A stretch of 64,000 nt of DNA from an uncultured bacterium (GTDB lineage: Bacteria; Chloroflexota; UBA5177; JANWHV01), in contig CAVSOU010000005.1 in assembly GCA_963729625.1 (NCBI GenBank), forward strand, positions 12,302 through 76,301, given 5' to 3'. Numbering within the stretch: the first letter of the stretch is position 1; each line of letters starts with the position of its first letter. Of this stretch, positions 1 through 9,765 are shown piece by piece. A program made the position numbers and the translations under genes. The notes under the pieces were generated by a model. It did not search any database. It was not told the DNA's origin and saw only the letters and a list, made by a program, of their open reading frames with translations.

Positions 1-288
1 CCTCGGTCAGTGCCTCGTTGAGGTTCAGCGCCCGGGCGATCGAGCGGGCGATCTGCGCGACCTCCATCGAGTGCGTCAGGCGCGTGCGATACAGGTCGCC
101 CTCGTGGTTGACGAACACCTGCGTCTTGTAGACCAGGCGCCGGAAGGCGTTGGAGTGCACGATGCGGTCGCGGTCGCGCTGGAACTCATCGCGGTACTGC
201 GGCGGCGGCTCCGGATGGCGGCGACCGCGGGAGAGTTCACTCCGGGCGGCGTACGGCGCGAGGTTTGCGCTGTCGGTAGCCGCGTCAT
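1..288 (-). CDS. dGTP triphosphohydrolase-like HD-domain protein, N-terminal part (gene continues past the window edge); probable 1-nt indel just after the start codon
   Basis: Minus-strand reading gives [82 protein letters not shown], the conserved N-terminus of Dgt-type dGTPases. The only ATG (286-288) is in a different frame from this reading. Confidence 0.6.
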
Positions 289-291
289 GGC

Positions 292-1368
292 CTACCCGAA
301 GTGCGCAGCAAGTGTGGCGGCCAGTACGTCGTCAGGATAGTCCGCGGTAAAGCGGGCCCGGCCGAGCGCCTCAAGCAGCACGAGCCTGATCCGGCCACCC
401 TTCACCTTCTTGTCCACACTCATGTACTGGCGGGCGCGCTCGGCGCCGATCCGCGGCGGCGGCGTCGCAAGCCCCGCACGATCCAGTAGCTCCGCCACCC
501 GTTTGACGTCTGCGGCCGCGATCAGACCCAGGCGCGCCGACATGTCGGCAGCGATGACCATGCCGGCCGCGACCGCCTCGCCGTGGAGCCACTGCGTATA
601 GCCGGTGGCGGCTTCTATCGCGTGGCCGAAGGTATGGCCGAAGTTCAGCAGTGCCCGCTCGCCCTGCTCGTGCTCATCACGCAGCACGACCTGGGCCTTG
701 AGCTCGCAGGAGCGGTGGATCGCATGGGCGAGCGCCGCGCGCATCCAGGCGCAGCAGCGCATCCAGGTTCTGCTCCAGCCACGCCAGGAAGTCCGCATCC
801 AGACACGAGCCGTACTTGATGACCTCGGCAAGGCCCGCCCGCAGTTCGCGGATCGGCAGGGTCGCCAGGGTCGAGTGTCGGAGATCACCGCACGGGGCTG
901 GTGGAAGGCGCCGATGAGATTCTTGCCGCCCGGGTGGTTGACGCCGGTCTTGCCGCCGACCGAGGAGTCCACCTGCGCCAGAAGCGTGGTGGGAACCTGC
1001 GCAAAGCCGACGCCGCGCTGGTAGCAGGCGGCGGAGAAGCCCGCGAGGTCTCCAACCACGCCGCCTCCCAGGGCCAGCACGATGCTGTCGCGCCCGAAGC
1101 GGTTGGCCACCAGCACGTCGAGGACGCGCGAGACATTGTCCAGCGTCTTGTACTGCTCGCCATCGGGCAAACGCAGGTCAACGATGCGGCGGTCCTTGAG
1201 CGAGGCGGTCACCTGATCGGCGTACAGCGGACCCACGGTCGTGTTGGTAACCAGCAGGATGTCCTGTGCGCTCACGTAGGCAGGCACCGCGTGGCCTTCG
1301 GCCAGCAGCGATTGCCCGATCAGGATCGGATAGGCGCGTTCACCCAGGGCGACATCCAGCTTCAGCAC
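292..1368 (-). CDS. aroB: 3-dehydroquinate synthase, with an internal out-of-frame stretch of about 45 codons (approx 740-875) bounded by two compensating indels
   Basis: 358-aa ORF with [58 protein letters not shown] and [30 protein letters not shown]. The middle reads as junk ([20 protein letters not shown]...), while the adjacent frame gives [22 protein letters not shown]...[16 protein letters not shown]. Confidence 0.85.
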   Translation of the reverse strand: MLKLDVALGERAYPILIGQSLLAEGHAVPAYVSAQDILLVTNTTVGPLYADQVTASLKDRRIVDLRLPDGEQYKTLDNVSRVLDVLVANRFGRDSIVLALGGGVVGDLAGFSAACYQRGVGFAQVPTTLLAQVDSSVGGKTGVNHPGGKNLIGAFHQPRAVISDTRPWRPCRSANCGRALPRSSSTARVWMRTSWRGWSRTWMRCCAWMRAALAHAIHRSCELKAQVVLRDEHEQGERALLNFGHTFGHAIEAATGYTQWLHGEAVAAGMVIAADMSARLGLIAAADVKRVAELLDRAGLATPPPRIGAERARQYMSVDKKVKGGRIRLVLLEALGRARFTADYPDDVLAATLAAHFG

Positions 1369-1446
1369 GGTGATCAGACTGCCTCTTAAGCCTTAAGCCA
1401 CGAACAGGGCCCCAAGTATACGGCCGGACCGCGCGATCGCGGGGAC

Positions 1447-2001
1447 TCAGGTCTCCTCGAACTCGGGGATCGGACCCTCGTGGCCGCGGACTTCCCGCAG
1501 AATGTGTTCGGCCACCTTCTGCACGCGGCGGTGATCGGTGGGCACGATGTAGTCGGCCATCTGCCGGTAGAACGGCTCGCGGTCAATCCTAAGCTTGCGC
1601 AGCCGCTCCCCCAGGTCCCCGTCACGCAGCAGGGGCCGCCCGCGGCCGCTGCCCACGCGCTGCATCTGCTGTCCCAGGGAGGTCTCAAGGTAGATGACCG
1701 TACCGTGCTGGGTCAGCTGTTCCCGGTTCGCCGCCATGAGAATGGCCCCGCCGCCGGTGGCCATGACGATCGGCTCCAGCAGCACCAGCGCCTCGATCGC
1801 CTCGCGCTCGCGCCGCCTGAAGCCCGCCTCCCCCTCACGCTCGAAGATCAGCGGGATGTCGACGCCCGTACGGCGCTCCACCTCTGCGTCACTGTCGTAG
1901 AAGGGCACCTCCAGCAGACGTGCAAGCTGGCGTCCCACGGCGGTCTTGCCCGAGCCCATGGGTCCAATGAGGTAGATGTTGCGCTTGCCGATCATGCTCA
2001 T
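1447..2001 (-). CDS. aroK: shikimate kinase
   Basis: 184-aa intact ORF with Walker A IYLIGPMGSGKTAVGRQLA and ATGGGAIL. Located immediately upstream of aroB, as in the conserved pilMNOPQ-aroK-aroB arrangement. Confidence 0.9.
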   Translation of the reverse strand: MSMIGKRNIYLIGPMGSGKTAVGRQLARLLEVPFYDSDAEVERRTGVDIPLIFEREGEAGFRRREREAIEALVLLEPIVMATGGGAILMAANREQLTQHGTVIYLETSLGQQMQRVGSGRGRPLLRDGDLGERLRKLRIDREPFYRQMADYIVPTDHRRVQKVAEHILREVRGHEGPIPEFEET

Positions 2002-2011
2002 GAGGAACGAA

Positions 2012-2036
2012 AACGGCCGCCCTTTCGGCGGCCGTT
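2012..2036 (-). terminator. perfect 10-bp stem / 5-nt loop hairpin downstream of the Ig-repeat lipoprotein gene
   Basis: aacggccgcc-ctttc-ggcggccgtt; on the minus strand it is followed by TTTCGTT. It lies 28 nt after the stop codon at 2064-2066 and 10 nt before the annotated aroK start. Confidence 0.5.
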
Positions 2037-2063
2037 CTCAGTCTAACCCGTTCTGCTGCGGTT

Positions 2064-4304
2064 TTAGTTCAGGTCGGTGCAGAGCACATCCTGTCCGTAG
2101 GGGCTGAACTCGCCCGGCAGCGCCGAGGTGGTCGTCGTGATGTAAGTGGCGAGCTGCGGCAGGTAGAAGGTTGCCGTAACCGTCGACACCGAGCCCGCCA
2201 CCTGCGTCGTGGCCGTCAGCAGCACCTCCGACCAGATGGCGTGGTCTTCCGGATACACGACGTTGAAGGTCGCGGCGCCGGTGCTGTCGGTCGTTACCGT
2301 GCCGGGGCTTACGACCGCTACATTGGGTACCGTCACCGCACCGCCCAGGCCCTCGAAGCAGGTGGCGGTGACATCGGGTGGAAGTGGGGCTGGAGGGTCA
2401 ATTGACCAGACCTGGCTGCCGCCAACGTTCTGGATAGTCCATTGGCCCTTGCGGAAGCCAATGGTCTGGACGTTCAGCGTCACGACGGCGCCGGCGACCG
2501 GGTTACCGGCGGCGTCCACCGCGAGCACCGAATACGGCAGCAGGAACTGCGTCTGGGGGGCGTTTTCAGCCAGCTTGATGCCCGTTCCCAGCGACAGGTT
2601 CACCGACTGTCCACCGACGGTGAACTGCAGCGAACTGCTGAGTGCGGTGCCACGCACCGTGGCAGCGACCATGACGCCCAGATAGGTGCTGCTGGTGCCC
2701 GTCGCGGTGTAGACGGTCTGCGCCACGCCCTGCGCATTGGTCACCGCCGAGGCGGCCGAGAGGCTGCCACCGGTGCTGTCCGTCAGCTGGAAGTCCACCG
2801 TCTGGTTGGCCACCAGGTTGTTCTGGGCGTCGGTCACGACAGCACTGATCGTGGTGGTGCCTTGCGTCTGCACAGTCGCCGGCGCCGCCTGCAGGACCAG
2901 CTTGGTCGGGTTGGTCGCAACGAAATTCAAGGGCAGCTGCGCGGAAACCGGCGAGCCGCCGGAGGTCGCGCTGGCGATAATGGTGCCGGGTCCTGCGGTC
3001 GTCGCATACACGTACACCGTGGCCATACCGGTTCCGTCCGTGGTCGCCGTCGCCGACGAGGAGAACGTATAGGGATTGGTAACCGCGGACACGGAGCCGC
3101 GCGTCGTCGTGAAGGTCACGGGCGTGTTGGCAACCGGGCCGCTCGTGGTGGTCCAGAGCACGGACACCGCGGTAAGTCCGGTAGTCGAGGGCGCCACAGG
3201 CGCCGCCGTCACGATCGGCAGCGGCGTGGCCGCCGTGGTGGTCGACGCCGCGGTAAACCCGAAACTCTGATTGCTGACGGCAACCGTCTGCTTGGCGCTG
3301 GCCCCAAGACCGGCGACCGTGATCGTGTCGGAGCTCGCGGCGTTCACGGCCTTCAGCGTGAAGGTCCCCTGGCCACCGGCGTTGGTCGTAACCGTCGCGG
3401 GCGTGATCGTGTTGCCTGCAGAAGACGTGACGGTGACTACGCCCGCCGAGATCGGCGTGCCGCCGGAATCCACCAGCGCGATGTTGTAGGTGCCGGCAGC
3501 GCCGGCCTGGATGAGGCTGGAGGGGCCACTGAGCGTGATGGCCGTGCCCGCCACATTGACGTTGATGTTCGCGGTGCTGCTGCCGGAGGTAGCCGTCACC
3601 GTGATCGCACGGTTGGTCGGGTCTCCGGCCGTGTTCAACACGATGGTCGCGGTGCCATTGGCGCCGGTGACGGTCGGATTCGAGCCCTGCAGGCCACCGG
3701 AGGTCGCCGTGAACGTGACCGGCACGCCGGAGAGGAGCTGGTTGGTGGCGCTGCGCACGTAGGCCGTGATCGTCACCGGCGAGGAACCGTTGGAGGCGGT
3801 CTGCGGGGAGCTGGTGGAAATCGTGACCGTCTGGCCGGCGCTGACCACCGATACCTGTGTGGTGCCCTTCACCGCACCGATCGCGGCGGTGACGGTAATC
3901 GTGCTGCCTGCCGCTGCGCCGTTAGAGACCAGGGTCGCGGTTGCGACGCCGCTGGCACTGGTGGTCCCGGAGGTCACCGTCAGGGCACCGCCCGTGGTGG
4001 ACGTGAAGGTCACGGTCGCGCCCGATACCGCAACGTTGCTGGCGCTCAGCGCCGTGGCCGTGATGGTCACCTTGCCGGAACCGTCGGCCGGGAGCGAGGT
4101 TGCGCTGGTAGTGACCGACACGGTGGCTACCGTTGAACTCGCCGCGCTCGACGCGCTCGTGTTGGAGAAGGAGCCGTTGGAACCGCCGCCGCAGGCGCTA
4201 AGCAGCGTGCCCGCCAGGAAAGCGGCCACCAACCAGGACGTGACCGACCGCAGTCGCGCGCTCAAGGCCACATTCCATGTAGATATACGCATCATATAAG
4301 TCAC
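2064..4304 (-). CDS. large surface lipoprotein with about 6-7 tandem bacterial Ig-like (Big_1/invasin-type) repeats and a Cys-containing C-terminal domain
   Basis: 746-aa intact ORF. Signal peptide plus lipobox (LAGTLLSAC-GGGS). S/T/A/V/G-rich repeats of roughly 85-95 aa follow the pattern ADG..VTITAT....V.GA.VTF.....G.L......T...G.A... Confidence 0.75.
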   Translation of the reverse strand: MTYMMRISTWNVALSARLRSVTSWLVAAFLAGTLLSACGGGSNGSFSNTSASSAASSTVATVSVTTSATSLPADGSGKVTITATALSASNVAVSGATVTFTSTTGGALTVTSGTTSASGVATATLVSNGAAAGSTITVTAAIGAVKGTTQVSVVSAGQTVTISTSSPQTASNGSSPVTITAYVRSATNQLLSGVPVTFTATSGGLQGSNPTVTGANGTATIVLNTAGDPTNRAITVTATSGSSTANINVNVAGTAITLSGPSSLIQAGAAGTYNIALVDSGGTPISAGVVTVTSSAGNTITPATVTTNAGGQGTFTLKAVNAASSDTITVAGLGASAKQTVAVSNQSFGFTAASTTTAATPLPIVTAAPVAPSTTGLTAVSVLWTTTSGPVANTPVTFTTTRGSVSAVTNPYTFSSSATATTDGTGMATVYVYATTAGPGTIIASATSGGSPVSAQLPLNFVATNPTKLVLQAAPATVQTQGTTTISAVVTDAQNNLVANQTVDFQLTDSTGGSLSAASAVTNAQGVAQTVYTATGTSSTYLGVMVAATVRGTALSSSLQFTVGGQSVNLSLGTGIKLAENAPQTQFLLPYSVLAVDAAGNPVAGAVVTLNVQTIGFRKGQWTIQNVGGSQVWSIDPPAPLPPDVTATCFEGLGGAVTVPNVAVVSPGTVTTDSTGAATFNVVYPEDHAIWSEVLLTATTQVAGSVSTVTATFYLPQLATYITTTTSALPGEFSPYGQDVLCTDLN

Positions 4305-4373
4305 CTAAAAAACCTTAGTGCCAACGTTCGGGTCACCAGTGGGGTCATCCGTCTTCGCGCCGTCCGGGCGCGT

Positions 4374-6581
4374 CTAGTAAACGTTCACGCCTTCACGCAG
4401 GATCTTCGGCGTGATGAAGATCAGCAGCTCGGTCTTGTTGTTGATCTTGGTCGTTGTCTTGAACAGGTTGCCGAGCACCGGGATATCGCCGAGCAGCGGC
4501 ACCTTGTTCGAGTTGTCGGTACGCGTGGTCTCGAGGATGCCGCCGAGCACCACGGTCTGGCCGTCGCTGACCAGCACCTGGTGGTGATCTCGCGGGTGTC
4601 GATCGACGGCACGTTCACGCCGCCGGAGGTCACGACCGACCGTGCCGACGCTGTCCTTCTTCACGTCGAGGTCCAGGATCACGCGGTTATCCGGCGTGAT
4701 CAGCGGCGTCACCTTGCAGCGACAGCACGGCCTTCTTGAACTGCATCGTCGTGGCGCCGCTGGAGGCCGACTGCCTGGTACGGGATTTCGATGCCCTGCA
4801 TGATGGTCGCCTGCTTCTGGTTCGCGGTGATGACGCGCGGCGAGGAGATGACCTCGCCGCGGCCTTCCGTCTGCGCGGCCGAGAGTTCCAGGTCGACGAT
4901 GTAGCTCCGACCCAGCAGCGATCAGCGCGAGGCTGCCGGCGGGGTTCGGCCACGGGCAGGTTCACCTTGTAGCGGTTGGCCGCGCTCGCGCCGGTGGCCA
5001 CGCTCACCGGGTAGGGCGACCGTTGGATGTCGAGGTTGTTCAGCGCCGAGCTCAGGATCGTGTCGGTGCCCGCCGCCGGTGCCGGAGATGGAGAGCAGGC
5101 CGTTGTTGCCGTTGGTCTGCGTCGCCGGTGATGCCGGCGCGCGCGCCGAGATCGCGCTCGAAGGTGTCGCTGACGATGACGATGCGCGCCTCGATCAGCA
5201 CCTGGCGCACCGGCACGTCCAGCGTCGCACGAGCCGGCGGACGTTGCCGAGCTGTCGGCGGTGTCCTGGACCAGCAGCGTGTTGGTGCGTTCGTCGATCG
5301 ACACGCTGCCGCGCGAGCGACAGCATCGAGTCCTTGCCGCCCCACTGCCGCCGCCTGCCCGCCAGCCTTGACTGAGCTATCAGCGAGGCGAGTCGGTGAC
5401 CTTGGCGTAGTTGACCTGCAGGAACTCGGTGCGCAGCGGCGACAGCTCCTGGATGTCCTTGCGGGCGGCCAGGTCCGCCTTCTCGCGCGTGCCGCCAGCT
5501 CCTCGGTCGGCGCCGATGATGATCACGTTGTCCTGGCGCCGCTTGTCGAGGCCCTTGGTGCGCAGCACGATGTCGAGCGCCTGGTCCCAGGGCACGTTCT
5601 GCAGGCGCAGCGTGAGGTTGCCGGTGACCGAGTCGCTGACGACGATGTTCTGGCCGCTGGTGTCGGCCAGCAGCTGCAGCACGGCGCGCGACGTCGATGT
5701 CCTGGAAGTTCAGCGTCAGGCGCTCGCCCGTGTATTCCGTCTTGTCCGCCTCGGCCTGACGCCTTGCGGCGCGCGGCTTGATCTCGACGGTGTACTGGTT
5801 GTCGGACTGGTAGGCGAGCTGCTCGAAATCGCCCTGCGCGCTGATCACCAGGCGCGAGCTGCCCTCGACGCGCAGCGCATCGACAGGTCTGCACCGGCGT
5901 CGCGAAGTCCATGACGTCGTAGCGGCGCATGCAGGTTCTTCGGCAGTCGCGTGCCGGCGAAATCGACGACGACCTGGTTGCCCTCCTGGCGCACGTTGAC
6001 CGGCGTGCGCGGATCGGTGAGCTGCACGATCACGCGGCCGGTGCCGTCGGAGCCGCGGCGGAAGTCGATGGTGCGGATCGCCGCGCTCGCGGTCGCGGCC
6101 GCACGGCGCCGGCGCAGCGGCGCAGCCGCGGCGGCCGCCGGCGCAGCGCCCGCGGCGCTTCGCCGAGCGTGACGATGATGTTGTTGCCGTCGACCCGGGT
6201 CTTGTAGGGCAGCAGCGTGGTCGACGTTCACCACCAGGCGGGTGCGGCCGTTGGCCTCGGCGGCGAGCACCGTGTCGACGCCGCCGTTGCGCACGTCGAT
6301 GCGGCGGGAGGCCAGCGCCAGCGCCGTGTTCGGCAGGTCGAGCGCGATGCGCGCCGGCTTGTCGATCGTGAACGGCAGCGGCTGGGGCGCCGGGCCGCTT
6401 AAGCTGCAGCTGCAGCTCAGACTGCTGACCCGGCAGGGTCTGCACGTCGATGGCTTCCAGCTTGTTGGCAGGGGCATCCGCCGCGCGGGCCGTCTGGACC
6501 GCGACCAATCCACCGAGAGGCGGCCGTGGCCACGAGGACCAGCGCCTGGAGGAATTTGTTAACGGCGATATAAGGCTTCAT
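4374..6581 (-). pseudogene. pilQ: type IV pilus secretin PilQ, broken by many frameshifts (at least 8 frame changes traced by eye)
   Basis: Pieces in different frames: MKPYIAVNKFLQALVLVATAAS (signal peptide); AMIN-like FTIDKPARIALDLPNTALA...GRTRLVVNV and IRTIDFRRGSDGTGRVIVQL; LTLNFQDIDV-RAVLQLLADTSGQNIVVSDSVTGNLTLRLQNVPWDQALDIVLRTKGL; SIDERTNTLLVQDT; RQVLIEARIV; and the secretin C-terminus DGQTVVLGGILE...VPLLGDIPVLGNLFK...ELLIFITPKIL. Confidence 0.85.
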
Positions 6582-6601
6582 TCGCATTGTCTCCCTGCCG
6601 A

Positions 6602-7133
6602 TCATTCGTTCAGAGCCAACGAGGCGGGTCGCTCGATGTAGCCGCCGAGACCGTCCGGGACGATTTCGATGAGATTGATTTTGCTGGCCGTGATCGCGAG
6701 CACGTTGCCGTCGTTCTGTCCCAGGTAATTGCCCGGCTGCACCTGGTGCACGCAGGCCGTCCCTCGACTGCACCAGACCGTAGATCTGGCCTCCCAGACT
6801 TGAGCGTGCCGACCATCTTCAGCGTGTCCAGCGAAAACTGCTCGAGGAACTCGCGGTTGCGGTGCGAGTCCGGGCGCAGGCTACCGGTTCGCCGCCGGAC
6901 CCGCGCCGCCCGGCAGGAACGGCGAACGCAGTCGACTGATCCGCGTAGATGAAGGTCTCGTAGGGCTTGACCTCGGGCAGCGGCTCGACGCGCCGGCCTG
7001 TTCCTTCTTGGTCTGCTTGATGCACTTCTCCAGATCCTGGCTCGCGGCTGGAGCAGCCGGCGAGCGTCGCGGCGGCCAGCACCGCTGCGAGCAGGCAGCA
7101 GCGCTTGCGTGTTCTGGTAGCGTCATGGCGCAC
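6602..7133 (-). pseudogene. pilP: pilus assembly lipoprotein PilP, frameshifted
   Basis: Lipobox LAAATLAGCSS, then EPLPEVKPYETFIYADQS, FLEQFSLDTLKMVGTLKSG and C-terminal VHQVQPGNYLGQNDGNVLAITASKINLIEIVPDGLGGYIERPASLALNE lie in different frames. Confidence 0.75.
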
Positions 7134-7781
7134 CCGGTCGCTTGTGCTTCTCGCTCTTGTCGCCGCTCGGCCTCGGCGCCTGGCAGCTCTTCCTCGTCGA
7201 GGTAGCGATAGGTCTTGGCGGTCACGTCCAGCTGCAGCTGGTCGTAGGCCGGCCTTGCCGCGACCGGCTTGATCTCGATGTCGTGCAGCGTGACGATGCG
7301 CGGCAGCGCCGCGATGCCGCTGACGAAGTCGCCGAACTGGTGGTAGCTGCCGGCCAGCCGGATCTTGATCGGCAGCTCCGCGTAGAAGTCGCTGCTCTGC
7401 TCGTGGCCGGCTGGAACAGCTTCTCCTGCAGGCCCGCGGCGAGGCCGGTCTGCGAGATGTCGACCAGCAGGTTCGGCACCTCGGTCTTGCCGGGCAGCTG
7501 GCGCAGCATCGCGCCGAAGGAGCGCTCGATGTCCGCCAGCTGCTGCTTGTAGAGCTCCAGATTCACGGCCTTGCTGCTTGTCCTCGAACTCGCTGCGCAG
7601 CTCCTGCTCTTCGGCCTGGCGGCGGTCGAGCTCCGGCCGCTGGTTCGCTCCACACGAAGAAATAGCCGCAGCGCGGCAAACACCACGAAAACCAGGCGCC
7701 GAGGCGCCCAGCGCGCACGGGCAGCGGCCAGCGGCCCGGATCGCGCGGATCCAGAGATCTTCAGTTCATCGAGAGGTTCAT
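7123..7781 (-). pseudogene. pilO: pilus assembly protein PilO, frameshifted
   Basis: MNLSMNELK..., VNLELYKQQLADIERSFGAMLRQLPGKTEVPNLLVDISQTGLAAGLQEKLFQPA, IKIRLAGSYHQFGDFVSGIAALPRIVTLHDIEIKP and TAKTYRYLDEEE are spread over several frames. ATGA overlaps with pilN and pilP. Confidence 0.75.
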
Positions 7782-8387
7782 GGCTTGGCCCCCTTCTTGA
7801 CCGCGGCCTTGCCGCTGTCTTCGCGGCTCTCGCCTCGTCATCGGTGAGCGTCGTCGCCTGATCCGCGTAGAGCGTGAAGTCGCTGCCGACGGCGTTGTCC
7901 TTGCTTGCTCTCGACCACCTGCAGCTCCGGGTTCTCCATCCACTGGGAGGCGTCGATGTTGCGCATGAAGGTCGAGACGCGGTTGCTGGACTGCGCGACG
8001 CCGTGCGAGCTTGACGCTTGTTGGTCTGCTTGATCGCCGTGAGATACGCGCCGTCGGGCATGGTCTTCACGAGCTCGTCGAACAGGTGCACGATCTCCGG
8101 GCGCGTGCGCTGCAGCTTCTCGATGATCTCCATGCGCGCGATGAACCGCTGCTTTGCGTTCTCCAGATCGTTGATCTCCTCGATCTGCGCGTCGAGCTTG
8201 ACGATCTCGTTCCGCAGCAGCTCGTTGCGCTGCTGCTGCGTCGTCGATCGAGCTCGAACATCAGGTATGCCGCGAAGGCGAGCCACCAGCGGCGGCCAGC
8301 GTCGCGCCACCGAGGGCGACGATGAAGCGCGAGCCTGCGATCTTTGCGCTGTTGCTCGCGCCAGGGAAGTAGGTTTATGCGTGGCAT
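7778..8387 (-). pseudogene. pilN: pilus assembly protein PilN, frameshifted
   Basis: MPRINLLPWREQQRK start. QQRNELLRNEIVKLDAQIEEINDLENAKQRFIARMEIIEKLQRTRPEIVHLFDELVKTMPDGAYLTAIKQ lies in another frame. Confidence 0.75.
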
Positions 8388-8388
8388 G

Positions 8389-9459
8389 TCAGTCGAAGCT
8401 TCGCAGCGCAAGGCCGCAGGCGGTGAGCAGGGCCGTGGCGTCGCGCTGCACCGCCTGGGCCTTGGCGCGGGAGGAGAGCTTCATCTGGCCGAGCGGATCG
8501 CCCTTCTCGGCGGCGACGCCGACGCGGCTGGAGATCACGTCGGCGACGCCCGGAATGTTGGCGCAGCCGCCGCAGATCAGGATCTTCTCGGGCTGCGTCG
8601 CGGCCGGCTGCCGGAGGCCAGGTAGAACTGCAGCGAGCGGCTGACCTGCTGGGTCATGTCGTCGATGAACGGGTCGAGCACTTCGGACTGGTAGTTGCCC
8701 GGCAGGCCGCCTTCCTTCTTGGCGCGCCCGGCTTCCTCCATCGACAGGCCGTAGGTGCGCATGATTTCTTCGGTCAGCTGCTGGCCGCCGAAGGCGAAGT
8801 CGCGCGTGTAGACGACCTTCAGGTTGCGCAGCACGCTGAAGGTGGTGCTGCTGGCGCCGAAGTCGACGACCGCGATCGGTGCGGTCGATGCCGCCGTCGG
8901 GCATCTGGTGGCGTCATCAGGCGCAGGCGTTCTCGAGCGCGAAGGCCTCGACGTCGACGATGCTGCGCGGTCAGGCCCGGCGGCGTGCACCGCGGCCTGG
9001 CGCTGCTCGACGTTCTCGGTGCGGGTCGCGACCAGCAGCACGTCCTTGGTCTCGGGATCCTTCTCGGACGGCCCCAGGACCTCGAAGTCGTAGCTGACCT
9101 CGTCCATCGGGAACGGGATGTACTGGTCGGCCTGCATTTCGACCTGGGCCTCGAGCTCGCTCTCGCGCAGGCTCGCGCGGCATCTGGATGACTTTGGTGA
9201 TGGCGGCGTCGCCGCTGATCGCGATGGCGGCCTCGCGGCTCTTGGCGCCGGAGCGCTTGACCGCACGGCTGATCGCCTCGCCGACGGCTTCGGCATCGAC
9301 GATGGCCTTCTCGTTGATCGCGTTCTGCGGCGTGGGCTCGGCCGCATAGGACTCGACGCGGTATTGCCCGCCCGACATCGACAGCTCGATCAGCTTCACC
9401 GAGGAGGTGGTGATGTCAAGACCCAGCAAGGGGCGGTACTTACGCGGAAATAGAAACAT
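8389..9459 (-). pseudogene. pilM: pilus assembly ATPase-fold protein PilM, frameshifted
   Basis: MFLFPRKYRPLLGLDITTSSVKLIELS...AIVDAEAVGEAISRAVKRSGAKSREAAIAISG; VVDFGASSTTFSVLRNLKVVYTRDFAFGGQQLTEEIMRTYGLS; KILICGGCANIPGVADVISSRVGV. Three overlapping ORF fragments. Confidence 0.8.
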
Positions 9460-9765
9460 TGTTTTTCCTTTCCGTGTTCAGCTGACGTCCGGCGCCGTAA
9501 ATCGCTGGTTCCACTATATACATAAGTTACGCAGAATATAGCTCAGGCAACGACGTTAAATTGAAAGTGAGCATTCAAATGCCTTCGGCGTGACACTTGC
9601 GCCACATGTCGCGCCAACATTTCGGTCCTATGGTCCATCAGCTCTGGGTGGCACCCATGGCACACTGCTGCCCGCCTCGACCACCATCGCTGGCCATGGC
9701 CGGATCGAGCGCGCAACGCACTTGTCAGTCAAATCCGTAGACCGGAAGCTTTCGTCCACCTTTCA

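Noticed and set aside
2442-4136. 564-aa plus-strand ORF (Arg/Gly/Asp-rich) and several other long plus-strand ORFs opposite the Ig-repeat lipoprotein gene
   Set aside because: Its composition is that of an antisense shadow frame in GC-rich repetitive DNA. The minus-strand frame has a signal peptide, a lipobox and periodic Ig-like repeats.
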